Source: Mycoplasmatales bacterium
Lineage (GTDB): Bacteria > Bacillota_I > Bacilli_A > Mycoplasmatales > MT37
Reading direction: 5' to 3'
Length of the DNA: 64,000 nucleotides
Assembly: GCA_965196725.1 (NCBI GenBank)
Contig: OZ239770.1
Span: 130 to 64,129 of the forward strand
Shown: one piece after another, positions 55,670 to 64,000 of the stretch
Layout of the letters: each line of letters begins with the position of its first letter
How positions within the stretch are numbered: the stretch's first letter is position 1
Notes under the pieces: model-generated
Databases searched by the model: none
The model's input: only the letters and a program-made list of their open reading frames with translations
What the model was told of the DNA's origin: nothing
Position numbers and translations under genes: made by a program

Positions 55670-57156
55670 TATAACTTTTTTTGAAATAAGACGGTCTCAC
55701 TTGGAACTTGAAAAAACTTTAGTTTTTGCGCTGATCAAGCAAATTGGACCTTTTTTTGATTAAACCATAAATTAATTTTTTTGCTAAGATTGGGGGCAAA
55801 AGGGGTTAAAAAAGCGGGTAAATTAGCAATAAACAATAAACTTTCGGTTAGAAGATGTTGTAATTGTGGTGATGATGCGATTAATTTTCATGGTTGATTA
55901 TGATCAAAAGTTTGATTGGCAAAGCGACAAAACTGCAAAAGAATTTGCAAGGCTTGCCCGAGTTCAAAGGTTTGAAAGGTAGTTTCAAAAGTCTTAAAAT
56001 AACCGTTAGCTTTAGCAAAATGAACTGGTTTAAACTGCGAAGGTAAAGTTCAATTTGTTTGCTTGACTAGTTTCATTACCCGATGACAGTAATTACTTAA
56101 ATTATTCACCAATTGACTTTGATAAAACTGTGCTAATCCGTTTGATTTTAAGGCAATATCTTGACCGGGATAAATTAAACTTGCCATATATAAACGAAAC
56201 GCATCAACCCCGTATTTTTGCACTAAAGGACGAAAATCTCACGCATTCCCTTGTGATTTTGACATCTTTTGTGCTTGATTTAATAATCAACCATGAAGTA
56301 AAAAAGTATCGGGAAACCGATAGTTTGTCGCTTGAAGTAATAATGGTCAATAAATCAGGTGAAACTTACTAATTTCTTTTCCTAAAACATGAATAATTTG
56401 GGCATGTTGATGCGAAGTTCAGATTTTGGTTTGTAAAGATTTTGGTAAAACCGAAATATAACTGAATAAAGCATCAAATCAAACATAAGCAATTTGGTTG
56501 CGCGGATCATTGAGGGCAATTCCTCATTTTAAATGTTGCCGACTAAGGGAAAAATCTCAATCCGCCAAGTTTAAAAATGATTTTAGATCATGAAAATAAT
56601 TGTTTTTGGCAAGTTGGTTTGCTCAAATTGGTAAATGGGTTTTAATTAGTTGTTTTTGGTGCTCATTGACACGAAAAAAATAGTTTCATTCATTAGTTTT
56701 CACTAATTTACTGGCACAGGTTGGACAAATTAAAGCATTAGATGAGATTTTAATAAAAGTTTCACAACCAACACAATATCAACCTTGATATTTTTGTAAA
56801 CGTAAATAATCATCCTTCATTAACAGTTGAAATTGCGTTTGAATAAAATGATGATGATCTGGTTTGGTAGTTTCCACAAAATAATCATAGGAAATCGCCA
56901 ATTCTTTTCAAGCGCTTTTAAATGAGGCTGTAATTTGATCAACAAATTGTTGCACCGGTAAGTTGGCTTTAGCAGCTGTTTGAAGAATTTTTTGCCCGTG
57001 TTGATCGACCCCGGTTACAAAAACAACTGCTTTTCCCTTTTGCCGATAGTAATTGGCAAGAAAATCAGCATAAAGAGTTGAATAAGCATGCCCAAAATGG
57101 GGTTGACCATTGGCATAATAAATTGGCGTACTTAAATAAACAAGTTTTTTAGTCAT
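55669..57156 (-). CDS. metG: methionyl-tRNA synthetase (short form, 495 aa)
   Basis: Translates MTKKLVYLSTPIYYANGQPHFGHAY (HIGH-type motif), a zinc knuckle CVGCETF...CPTC, and KMSKSQGN. Many TGA Trp codons. The frame was verified at the KMSKS region. Confidence 0.9.
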
Positions 57157-57988
57157 TGGAAATCTTTAATAATTTGCGGGGTAATTTAAACAAACGTCGG
57201 GCCAATTTAATTGTTTGTTGCGAGGTTAAATTTAAATTGGCAATTGCTGCTTCAAACTGGTTTAAATGAATAAGTTGGTGCTGCGATTTGGGCAAATTAT
57301 GATCAATTACAAGTACAAATTCTCCTTTTAATGTAATTGTTTTTAATTTTAACATGCTTAACTGACCGCGATAAATCGTTTCATGTTTTTTGGTTAATTC
57401 TCGGGCAAGGGCAAAGCGATGCTGCGGCCAAATTGTTTGCATCAGTTGTAGCGTAGCTTTAATGCGATGAACTGATTCGAAGAAAACAAATGTAGTGGAA
57501 AGCGAACTTAACTTGGTTAAGAATCTCTCTTTTTGAAGGGGCTTGCGAGCCAGAAAATTAACAAAGAAAAAGGTTTGAGTTGGCAAACCAGAAACAATTA
57601 AAGCGGCTAGCCCGCTATTATTTAACCCAATTGAGGTAACAGCAAATTTTTGCGCTAAAACAGCATTAACCAGTTTATAACCTGGATCAGCAATTAATGG
57701 AACGCCAGCACAACTGATCAAACCAACATTATGATTGGTATTGAGTAATTCAAGCACTTGAATTTGCCGGCGGTGTTCATTAAACTTATGAAAACTAAAC
57801 AGTTTTAAATGTGTAAGTTGCAAATGATTTAAGAGTTTTTGGGTAATTCGGGTATCTTCACAAAAAAGATAGTTTAATTGTAATAACAACGGTTTAACCG
57901 CATGACTGATCGTTTGTAAATTGCCAATTGGACTGGTAATCAAAAAAAGGGTCGGAATTTGGTCACGAAAGGTTTTTTGGATTTGCAT
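57149..57988 (-). CDS. rsmI: 16S rRNA (cytidine1402-2'-O)-methyltransferase
   Basis: A single ORF: ..LFLITSPIGNLQTIS..AVKPLLLQLNYLFCEDTR...FFESVHRI...LARELTKKHE. Confidence 0.88.
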   Translation of the reverse strand: MQIQKTFRDQIPTLFLITSPIGNLQTISHAVKPLLLQLNYLFCEDTRITQKLLNHLQLTHLKLFSFHKFNEHRRQIQVLELLNTNHNVGLISCAGVPLIADPGYKLVNAVLAQKFAVTSIGLNNSGLAALIVSGLPTQTFFFVNFLARKPLQKERFLTKLSSLSTTFVFFESVHRIKATLQLMQTIWPQHRFALARELTKKHETIYRGQLSMLKLKTITLKGEFVLVIDHNLPKSQHQLIHLNQFEAAIANLNLTSQQTIKLARRLFKLPRKLLKISND

Positions 57989-58566
57989 TATTTAACATTA
58001 ATTGCAAAAATAGATCGTAAATGCCGACCGGCCTCGTTTAAATCCATCCCATAACCAATTAATCAATTGGTTTGGGTGGTCTTAGTTCAAGTAAATAAAT
58101 GGTCAAGCGTAATTTGTCGGCTTCCCATTAGTGTTTGCTGTTGACTTTGATTAGCATGGTTTTTAATTAAAACAGCAAAGCGTAAAGAAAGCGGCTTTAA
58201 CTGTTGAAAATAATGGTGTAAATCGGCGATTGTTTGCCCGGTATCTAAAATATCGTCTAAAACCAATAAATGTTGCTTGGAAAGATCATTTGGTAATTGT
58301 TGATCAAATTGATTAACAAGCTGCTGCTGGGAGGTTTTTTGCTGAAAATGGTATGTTTTATAGGTTAAGAAAAAAATCTGCAGGTTAATTTTCTGACTAA
58401 GATAACGGGTTAAATCAGCAGCAAAGTAAAATGCGCCACGCATAATAACAATCAAAGTCAGATTTTGATTTAAATAACGAGCATTTAAGTTTGCCGCATA
58501 AAGTTTAATCTGAGTTTGAATTTCGGAAGCAGAAATGATTTTAAGCAAATTATAATTTTTCATCAT
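57988..58566 (-). CDS. hpt: hypoxanthine-guanine phosphoribosyltransferase (paralog 2)
   Basis: The PRPP loop reads LLVLDDILDTGQT. It extends via TGA at 58087 to ...WLIGYGMDLNEAGRHLRSIFAINVK. The stop shares one nt with the rsmI ATG. Confidence 0.85.
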
Positions 58567-59854
58567 CAGGAAAAAGTTGCTGATAAATTTGGTTAATTTT
58601 AGGCATTAAATTATTTAAGTCAAGGCAAACTTTTAAATCATTCGCATCCAAATATTTACTAATCGGATGGGTTGGTAAAATTAATTTTAAATTTGTTTGA
58701 CGATTATTAGCTTGAAAAACAGCATCTTGAACTAACTGATAAGCGGTTAAACGATCTAAATGTGTTTTCGCAATTAGTTTCAATAACAGTTTTTGACTAT
58801 AAATCGATTGCGCTTGTTCTAAATTATGATTGATTTGCGGGTAGTTAATTTTTAAATTAACCACAACATCAAGCATCTTGTGTAAACTGGTAGCAAGCAG
58901 ATGAAAAAAATCAGGGACCAAAACTCTTTCAATTGATGAATTAGTTAAGTCCCGTTCGTTTCAAAGTAAATTAGTTTGATAAATAGCATGACTAAAACTG
59001 CGAAGCATTCTTGTCAAACCACAAATGTTTTCAAGCGTTACCGGATTAATTTTATGAGGCATCGCTGATGATCCTTTTTGGTTTTTATGAAATTGTTCCT
59101 GAAATTCATTAATTTCACTGCGCTGCCCACTCCGTAAATTAACTGCTAATTTTTCCAAAGTGGTGGCCAAATTAATGCCGGCTTGATACATCGCAATTAA
59201 ATAATCACGTGCTACAATTTGGGTGCTTAAAACGGCTGGTGTTAAACCTAGTTTTTCGGCGACAAACTTTTCGATGTCAAATGGCAGATGAGTATAAGTA
59301 CCGGTCGCACCAGCAATTTTAGCTTTGGCAATTTCCGTTTGGGCCACTTGTAAACGTTGATAATGGCGTTTAAATTCCGCTGCGAAGCGGGCAAAAAATA
59401 ACCCAACCGTAATTGGTTCGGCCGCTTGACCATGGGTGCGACCAAGCATTAAAACGTATCTATCATCGAAAGCGCGTTTTTTTAACGCTAAAAAGAGAGT
59501 TTTCAAGCGCTCAAGAATGATTGTTAAACTTGCTTTGCATAAATAATTCTGCGCGGTATCTAAGACATCATTTGATGTTAAACCAAAGTGTAATCATTTG
59601 CGTTCTGGACCAACTTGATCCGATAATGCTTCAATAAAACCAATCATTTGATGACGACTCAATCGTTCTTTGGCTAGAACTGCTTCCAAACTCGGAGCTT
59701 GTAAAGTTTTTAATTTAGCAAAGGCGGCAGCGGGAATAAATTTATTCCGGTATCAACCTTCCACAACCAACAGTTCAATTTGGGTTCAAAGTTTAATTTG
59801 ATTTTCCAATTTTCAAAGTGCATTAATCGCTGGATCTTGATAACGTTCAATCAT
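58550..59854 (-). CDS. purB: adenylosuccinate lyase
   Basis: ATG is at 59854. Translates MIERYQDPAINALW...LHFGLTSNDVLDTA...GRTHGQAAEPITVG...GSSAMPHKINP... Fragments are in frame via TGA. Confidence 0.92.
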
Positions 59855-59877
59855 TTTTGTCGGTCAAGCAAATACTT

Positions 59878-59886
59878 ATTCTACCA
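59878..59886 (-). promoter_or_regulatory. putative extended -10 promoter (TGGTAGAAT) upstream of purB
   Basis: It lies in the 65-nt gap between the purA stop and the purB ATG. The minus strand reads TGGTAGAAT, 23 nt before the ATG. Confidence 0.4.
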
Positions 59887-59919
59887 ATTTAAATCCGAAA
59901 TACCAATAGTTTTACCTGT

Positions 59920-61749
59920 TTAGCGTTTAATTGCTGCTGTTCGTTCTTTCCCAATCGAAATAAAAGTGACCGGCAGTTTTAATAATTGTTCCAGTTTTTC
60001 AATGTATTTTCGTGCATTAACGGGTAAATCAAGGTATTTTTTCACCGTGCTAAAATCAGTTTGGTTTCAACCACTTAAACTGATATATTGCGGTTCAATT
60101 TTTGTTCAATCAGAAGGAATAAACGGGGGAAGATAATATTTTTTGCCATCAATTAAATAATGGGTACAGATCTTAATTTCCTCGCAAACGGATAAAACAT
60201 CCAGTAAAGTTAATGCGATTTGTTGAAACCCATTAACACGAATTGCATAACGAGCTAAAACAGCATCAAATCAACCAATTTGCCGACGCCGGTTCGTAAC
60301 TGTGCCGTATTCATGTCCTTTTTCCGCAATTAATTCATTTAACGAGGCGGATTTGATTTCGGTTGGCAAAGGACCGGTTCCAACCCGACTGACATAGGCT
60401 TTAAAAACGCCTAGCAATTGTGCCTTTTGTAAATTACAAAGTGTTCCTAAACTGGCCTGTCAAGTGATTGGTGATGTGCTGGTCACAAACGGATAAATCC
60501 CATAATTGAGATCCAACAATGTACCTTGAGCACCTTCAAATAAAACACTTTTCTCTTCATTGTTAACTCAAAACTTTGCACTATCAACAACAAAAGGTTT
60601 AATTCTTTCAAATAAACACATTAAATCGGTAAACAGTTTTTCCAATTGAAACGGTTGGGGAAAAAGCGGGTTTTTTAAACTTAAATTGTGTGCTAATTTC
60701 GTTTTTAAAGTTTTAGGGGCAAAAAAATCGGCAATTTGAATCCCAATCCGATTGACCTTATCGGAAACACAAGGACCAATCCCGCGTTTGGTTGTTCCAA
60801 TTTTTTGCGCCGCTTTTTGGGTTTCTTGAATTTGATCAAGCATTAAATGATAAGGTAAAATGACATGCGCACGGGCGGCAATCCTTAATTTTCCTGGATG
60901 AATTTTTAAAGCAATTAAGTTATCTAATTCGCTACATAGCTGCGTTAAATTAATCAAGCAACCAGCGCCGAGAAAACTAATTTTATCAGCGCGAATCATT
61001 GCAACCGGCAAAATCGAAAATTCATAAACTTGATCTTGAACTTTAATTGTATGCCCGGCATTATCGCCGCCGGCATAACGGGCGATAATATCAAATTTTT
61101 CCGCATAATAATCAACCACTTTGCCTTTTCCTTCATCACCAAAAAAAGCACCGGCAACAACTAATTTTCGGGCTTGTTTTGCCTTAGAAGCAGCTTTTAA
61201 AGGAGTTAGTTTGGTGGCAAACAGCGTTTTTTGCGGTTGGTTTCAAACCTTTTTTAAATGGTTTTTAATGGCGTGGAAAAGGGTTGGCAACTGCTTTCAT
61301 TCCGAAACGGGAAAGGAACTAAGGACTCATTTTTGCAAGGGATTTTGCCGCCCAACGCCAATATGAATCGAAGCACCACGTGGACTATGATTAGCAATGT
61401 TTTTTAAACCATTATGACTGCCCGCTGATAAACGATTATTAAATTTAACCGTTCCAAATGGTAAATCAACATTATCAGCGATTACAATTAGGCGGTCAGA
61501 TGGAATTTGAAATGTTGCAAGTGCTTCTTGAACAGCACGTCCGGAAAGATTCATCATTGTTTGTGGTTTAAGCGCAATAATTTTGGTTGAACCGATTGTT
61601 TCTTCCGTAAACAGGTATGTTGGATGTTTTTTTCAGATGGCATTAGGAAATAAAGTATCTAAAAAAACAAATCCAACATTATGCCGCGTCTTCTTAAATT
61701 CATTTCCTACATTGCCTAATCCGACAAGTAATCAGGAATTATTTTTCAT
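59920..61749 (-). CDS. pth-purA: fused peptidyl-tRNA hydrolase (Pth) / adenylosuccinate synthetase (PurA), single 609-aa frame
   Basis: The Pth part starts at ATG 61749: [27 protein letters not shown]...MNLSGRAV...HNGLKNI...HIGVGRQ...[29 protein letters not shown]. It runs directly into PurA: [57 protein letters not shown].., ending at TAA 59920-59922. I checked the junction (61081-61380) codon by codon. It contains only TGA codons, no TAA/TAG and no in-frame ATG/GTG/TTG before the PurA P-loop. Confidence 0.85.
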
Positions 61750-62740
61750 ATTGCGCTAATTTATCCAATTCTTTTTGCCCTAGTTCCGAAATTGATCCAC
61801 CATGAAAAAGAATTTTTAATGAAGCAGCTAAGTAACTAGCTAAGGAAACTACTTTTAAAAACGGATAACGATGAGCGTTTGGAAGATGAATGGTATCGGC
61901 AATGAACATTTTTTCAAATAGTTGCTCCTGATAAGCTTCGGCAAAATTAGCCAAAGCATCGGCGCTAAAAACCGGATGGGTGGCAACAAGGTAAATTTTT
62001 TTCGCTCCTTTCGCTTTTAAAAAGCGAATGGTATTTAACATTGTTTTGCCGGTATCAATTAAATCATCAATTAATAACACATTTTGATTAGCCACTGAAC
62101 CAAGAATAAATTTAACTTGCGTATCGTTAATTGTTGGTCGCCGTTTATCAACAACGGCAATGTAACGATTCAAATATTTATTTAATTCACTAACACGCCG
62201 ATGTGATCCAAAATCAGGTGCGACTAAAACAAAATCCCGCACTTTATTCACCAATAAATCATGAAGTAAAATTGGTAAGGCGGATAAATGAACCAATGGA
62301 ATATCAAAAAAACCTTGGATTTGCGGGGAATGCAAATCAAACGTAATAATCCGTTTCACTTTCAGTTTGGAAAGCAAATTAGCAATTAAACTAGCTGTAA
62401 TTGGTTGGCGACCGCGGGCTTTGCGATCCTGACGGGCATAACCAAAATAGGGCATAATTAAAGAAATACTTTTGGCGGAGCTCCGGGTTAAAGCATCAAT
62501 GGTAATAAATAATTCCATTAAATGTTCATTGGCCGGAGAATTAGTTGATTGAAAAAGAAAAACGTCTTTTTCGCGAACGGAACACGGAATATTAACAATT
62601 AATTCTTTATCGGCAAAGATTTTCTTTTCAATTAAGGTTACTTCATAACCTAATTTTTTGACGGTTGTTTTAGCAAACTGTTCGGAATTGGGAAGGGTTA
62701 AGAAAATGACTTGATTGGAAGCAGATTTGTTCTTTACCAT
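61739..62740 (-). CDS. prs: ribose-phosphate pyrophosphokinase
   Basis: A single ORF: ..PYFGYARQDRKA..., DLHSPQIQGFFDIP, and VLLIDDLIDTGKT (PRPP loop). Confidence 0.95.
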   Translation of the reverse strand: MVKNKSASNQVIFLTLPNSEQFAKTTVKKLGYEVTLIEKKIFADKELIVNIPCSVREKDVFLFQSTNSPANEHLMELFITIDALTRSSAKSISLIMPYFGYARQDRKARGRQPITASLIANLLSKLKVKRIITFDLHSPQIQGFFDIPLVHLSALPILLHDLLVNKVRDFVLVAPDFGSHRRVSELNKYLNRYIAVVDKRRPTINDTQVKFILGSVANQNVLLIDDLIDTGKTMLNTIRFLKAKGAKKIYLVATHPVFSADALANFAEAYQEQLFEKMFIADTIHLPNAHRYPFLKVVSLASYLAASLKILFHGGSISELGQKELDKLAQYEK

Positions 62741-62746
62741 ATGAAA

Positions 62747-63184
62747 TTAGGATTCCGGTTTGGAATCTTCAACGGTTTTTTCCGCGGTTGGTTTTACGTC
62801 CAAGGAATCTTCCCTTGACTGAGATGGAATATCTTTAGTCTGATTAGTTTCAGCATTTAAAAGTGTCACTTCTGGTTTTGGTGGTCGTTCTTTATAACGA
62901 AATTTTTTCTCATTATCAAGGTTAATAATCAAATAACGTAAAAGTGGTTTCACCAGGTTTAATTTGCCGGGTAAAGCAGCAACAACTGCGGCTGATAATT
63001 GGCAATTAATTTGAATGTAATGCCCGCTTGTTTGTTTTTGGATCGGATAAGCAAATTTTTTTAGACCTCAGTGGCTAATTTTTAAGTTTTTCGCATCAAT
63101 TAATAAATCAACCAGTTTTTTTTCAACTTGCTCAACGGCTTTTTCGGTTGGATCAATAATGTAAACAATTTCGTAATTATGCAT
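62747..63184 (-). CDS. rpsF: 30S ribosomal protein S6 with extended charged C-terminal tail
   Basis: ATG is at 63184. Translates MHNYEIVYIIDPTEKAVEQVEKKL...HWGLKKFAYPIQKQTSGHYIQIN... and joins ORF 62747..62953 via TGA. Confidence 0.9.
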
Positions 63185-63322
63185 TTGCTTAGATATTTTA
63201 GAGTATTTTTGAAAAAAAGGGGGAAGAATTTCCGGTTGAAAACGAAGAAAAAGTAGGCTTTGAAAAGAAAATAAAACCTTCTGCTTAAAATATGATGTAA
63301 AATAAAAAACGGTTTTTGATCT

Positions 63323-63397
63323 GCGCTTATAGCTCAATGGATAGAGTGCTTGGCTACGGACCAAGAGATGAGGGTTCGACTCCTTCTAAGCGTGCCA
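63323..63397 (+). tRNA. tRNA-Arg (anticodon ACG), CCA encoded
   Basis: The cloverleaf folds by hand. Acceptor stem: GCGCTTA/TAAGCGT (G1:U72). D stem: GCTC/GAGT. Anticodon stem: CTTGG/CCAAG with loop CTACGGA. T arm: GAGGG-TTCGACT-CCTTC. Discriminator G, then CCA. Confidence 0.9.
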
Positions 63398-63483
63398 TCT
63401 ATTAAAATATATTGATTATCTTTTTTTGTTTTTTAACAAGATGCAAACGTTGAGAGAAATAACAGATCTAATCCCTGTCAGGC

Positions 63484-64000
63484 ATGATTAATATGAAAAA
63501 AGAATCTAACATTATTTCGTCGATTTATGAAAAAGTTTTAAATTATTCACCAGAAACCGGAATAAGATTAGACAGTGCGCAAAGATTAGAACTTCAACGA
63601 TTACTAAAAAGACATGAAAAATTAGGGCTGCAAGGAGCGTTTCTTAATTTTAAGGAAAAAGATGAGAGTTTTAAAAAAAATTATTGTGTTTTTCAGGACA
63701 AAGCAAAATATAAAAACAAGCAATTGAATTTAAAATCCCAGAATAACAACTTGCTCATCGAAGGTGAAAATTATCATGCCTTGAAAGCGTTACAACAAGC
63801 AAATGTAAAAGTTGACATCATTTATATTGATCCTCCATATAACACAGGAAAAGAATTTATTTTTAACGATAAAATTATTGATCCAAGTGATGATTATAGA
63901 CATTCCAAGTGATTGTCATTTATGAAACTACGGCTTGAAGTTGCCAAAGAGTTATTGAATTACAATGGAGTGATTTTTGTTTCAATTGATGATAATGAAC
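63484..64000 (+). CDS. mod: DNA N6-adenine methyltransferase, Type III Mod-like (N-terminal part; continues beyond window)
   Basis: It contains ...NNLLIEGENYHALKALQQANVKVDIIYIDPPYNTGKEFIFNDKI...DDYRHSKW(TGA)LSFMKLRLEVAKELLNYNGVIFVSIDDNE. DPPY and the following WLSFM..RL block are typical of Mod / beta-class methyltransferases. The start is ATG 63484 or 63493. Confidence 0.8.
63673..63680 (+). repeat. A8 homopolymer inside the mod coding region
   Basis: The sequence reads gagagttttAAAAAAAAttattg, encoding ..SFKKNY.. It is a possible slipped-strand site. Confidence 0.6.

Noticed and set aside
61121-61366. An 81-aa plus-strand ORF ([20 protein letters not shown]...) lies exactly opposite the Pth-PurA junction. 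It might be a real gene that separates the two.
   Set aside because: It is antisense to sequence encoding the conserved PurA P-loop and the Pth C-terminus. It has no recognisable family or RBS. Its composition is typical of a shadow ORF on the opposite strand of a coding region.
1-64000. Most genes appear fragmented into 60-250-aa pieces in the supplied ORF track, which could suggest massive pseudogenisation.
   Set aside because: The fragments of each gene share one frame and are separated only by TGA, often at conserved Trp positions (GLGNIW-RFP; the Trp just after KMSKSQGN in MetRS). This is genetic code 4, not gene decay. Only thrS needs a real frame change.
1-64000. I searched by eye for CRISPR arrays, IS elements or transposases, integrases, prophage genes, and rRNA operons.
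   Set aside because: I saw no regularly spaced direct repeats, no transposase- or integrase-like ORFs, and no rRNA-like sequence. The only repeats are a 21-bp tandem duplication in thrS, a tandemly duplicated hexamer near 27568, and short homopolymers.

Overview
The window is a gene-dense, AT-rich stretch of a Mollicutes-type chromosome that uses genetic code 4 (TGA = Trp). Nearly every fragmented ORF in the supplied track joins its neighbour through in-frame TGA codons at conserved Trp positions, for example GLGNIW-RFP in the NSS transporters. Only TAA and TAG act as stops. Read this way I get about 67 CDS, one tRNA-Arg(ACG) and a compact RNase P RNA. I found no rRNA, IS element or transposase, prophage or CRISPR array.

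Content is core housekeeping:
- Translation: fusA, rpsG, rpsL, rpsF, rpmF, rpmI, rplT, infC, prfA, and asnS, ileS, pheST, thrS, metG.
- RNA metabolism: rnj, rny, rnhC, rnpB, and rsmA, rsmH, rsmI, rluD.
- Other: recA, hup, era, the kinase/phosphatase pair prkC/prpC.
- An unusually rich nucleotide-salvage set: upp, two tdk, deoA, two hpt, purA, purB, prs, cmk, gmk.

Genes are packed tightly, with many ATGA/TAATG overlaps, convergent genes 0-12 nt apart, and only one clear hairpin terminator.

Items most worth follow-up:
1. Three uninterrupted gene fusions each join a translation factor to a nucleotide enzyme: Pth-PurA, RsmD-Gmk and Cmk-Der.
2. thrS is split by a 1-nt frameshift at an A6 run.
3. 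An orphan ABC exporter carries an intact C39 peptidase domain, with no cargo gene nearby.
4. Two NSS transporters each pair with a tiny single-TM peptide gene (MetPS-like); one pair sits next to metK.
5. An extra 2-TM protein gene is inserted inside the conserved infC-rpmI-rplT operon.
6. A division-cluster remnant (rsmH plus a degenerate FtsA-like gene) lacks mraZ and ftsZ.
7. A partial Type III-like Mod methyltransferase begins just after the tRNA at the window edge.

All calls come from reading the sequence by eye. No database search was possible.
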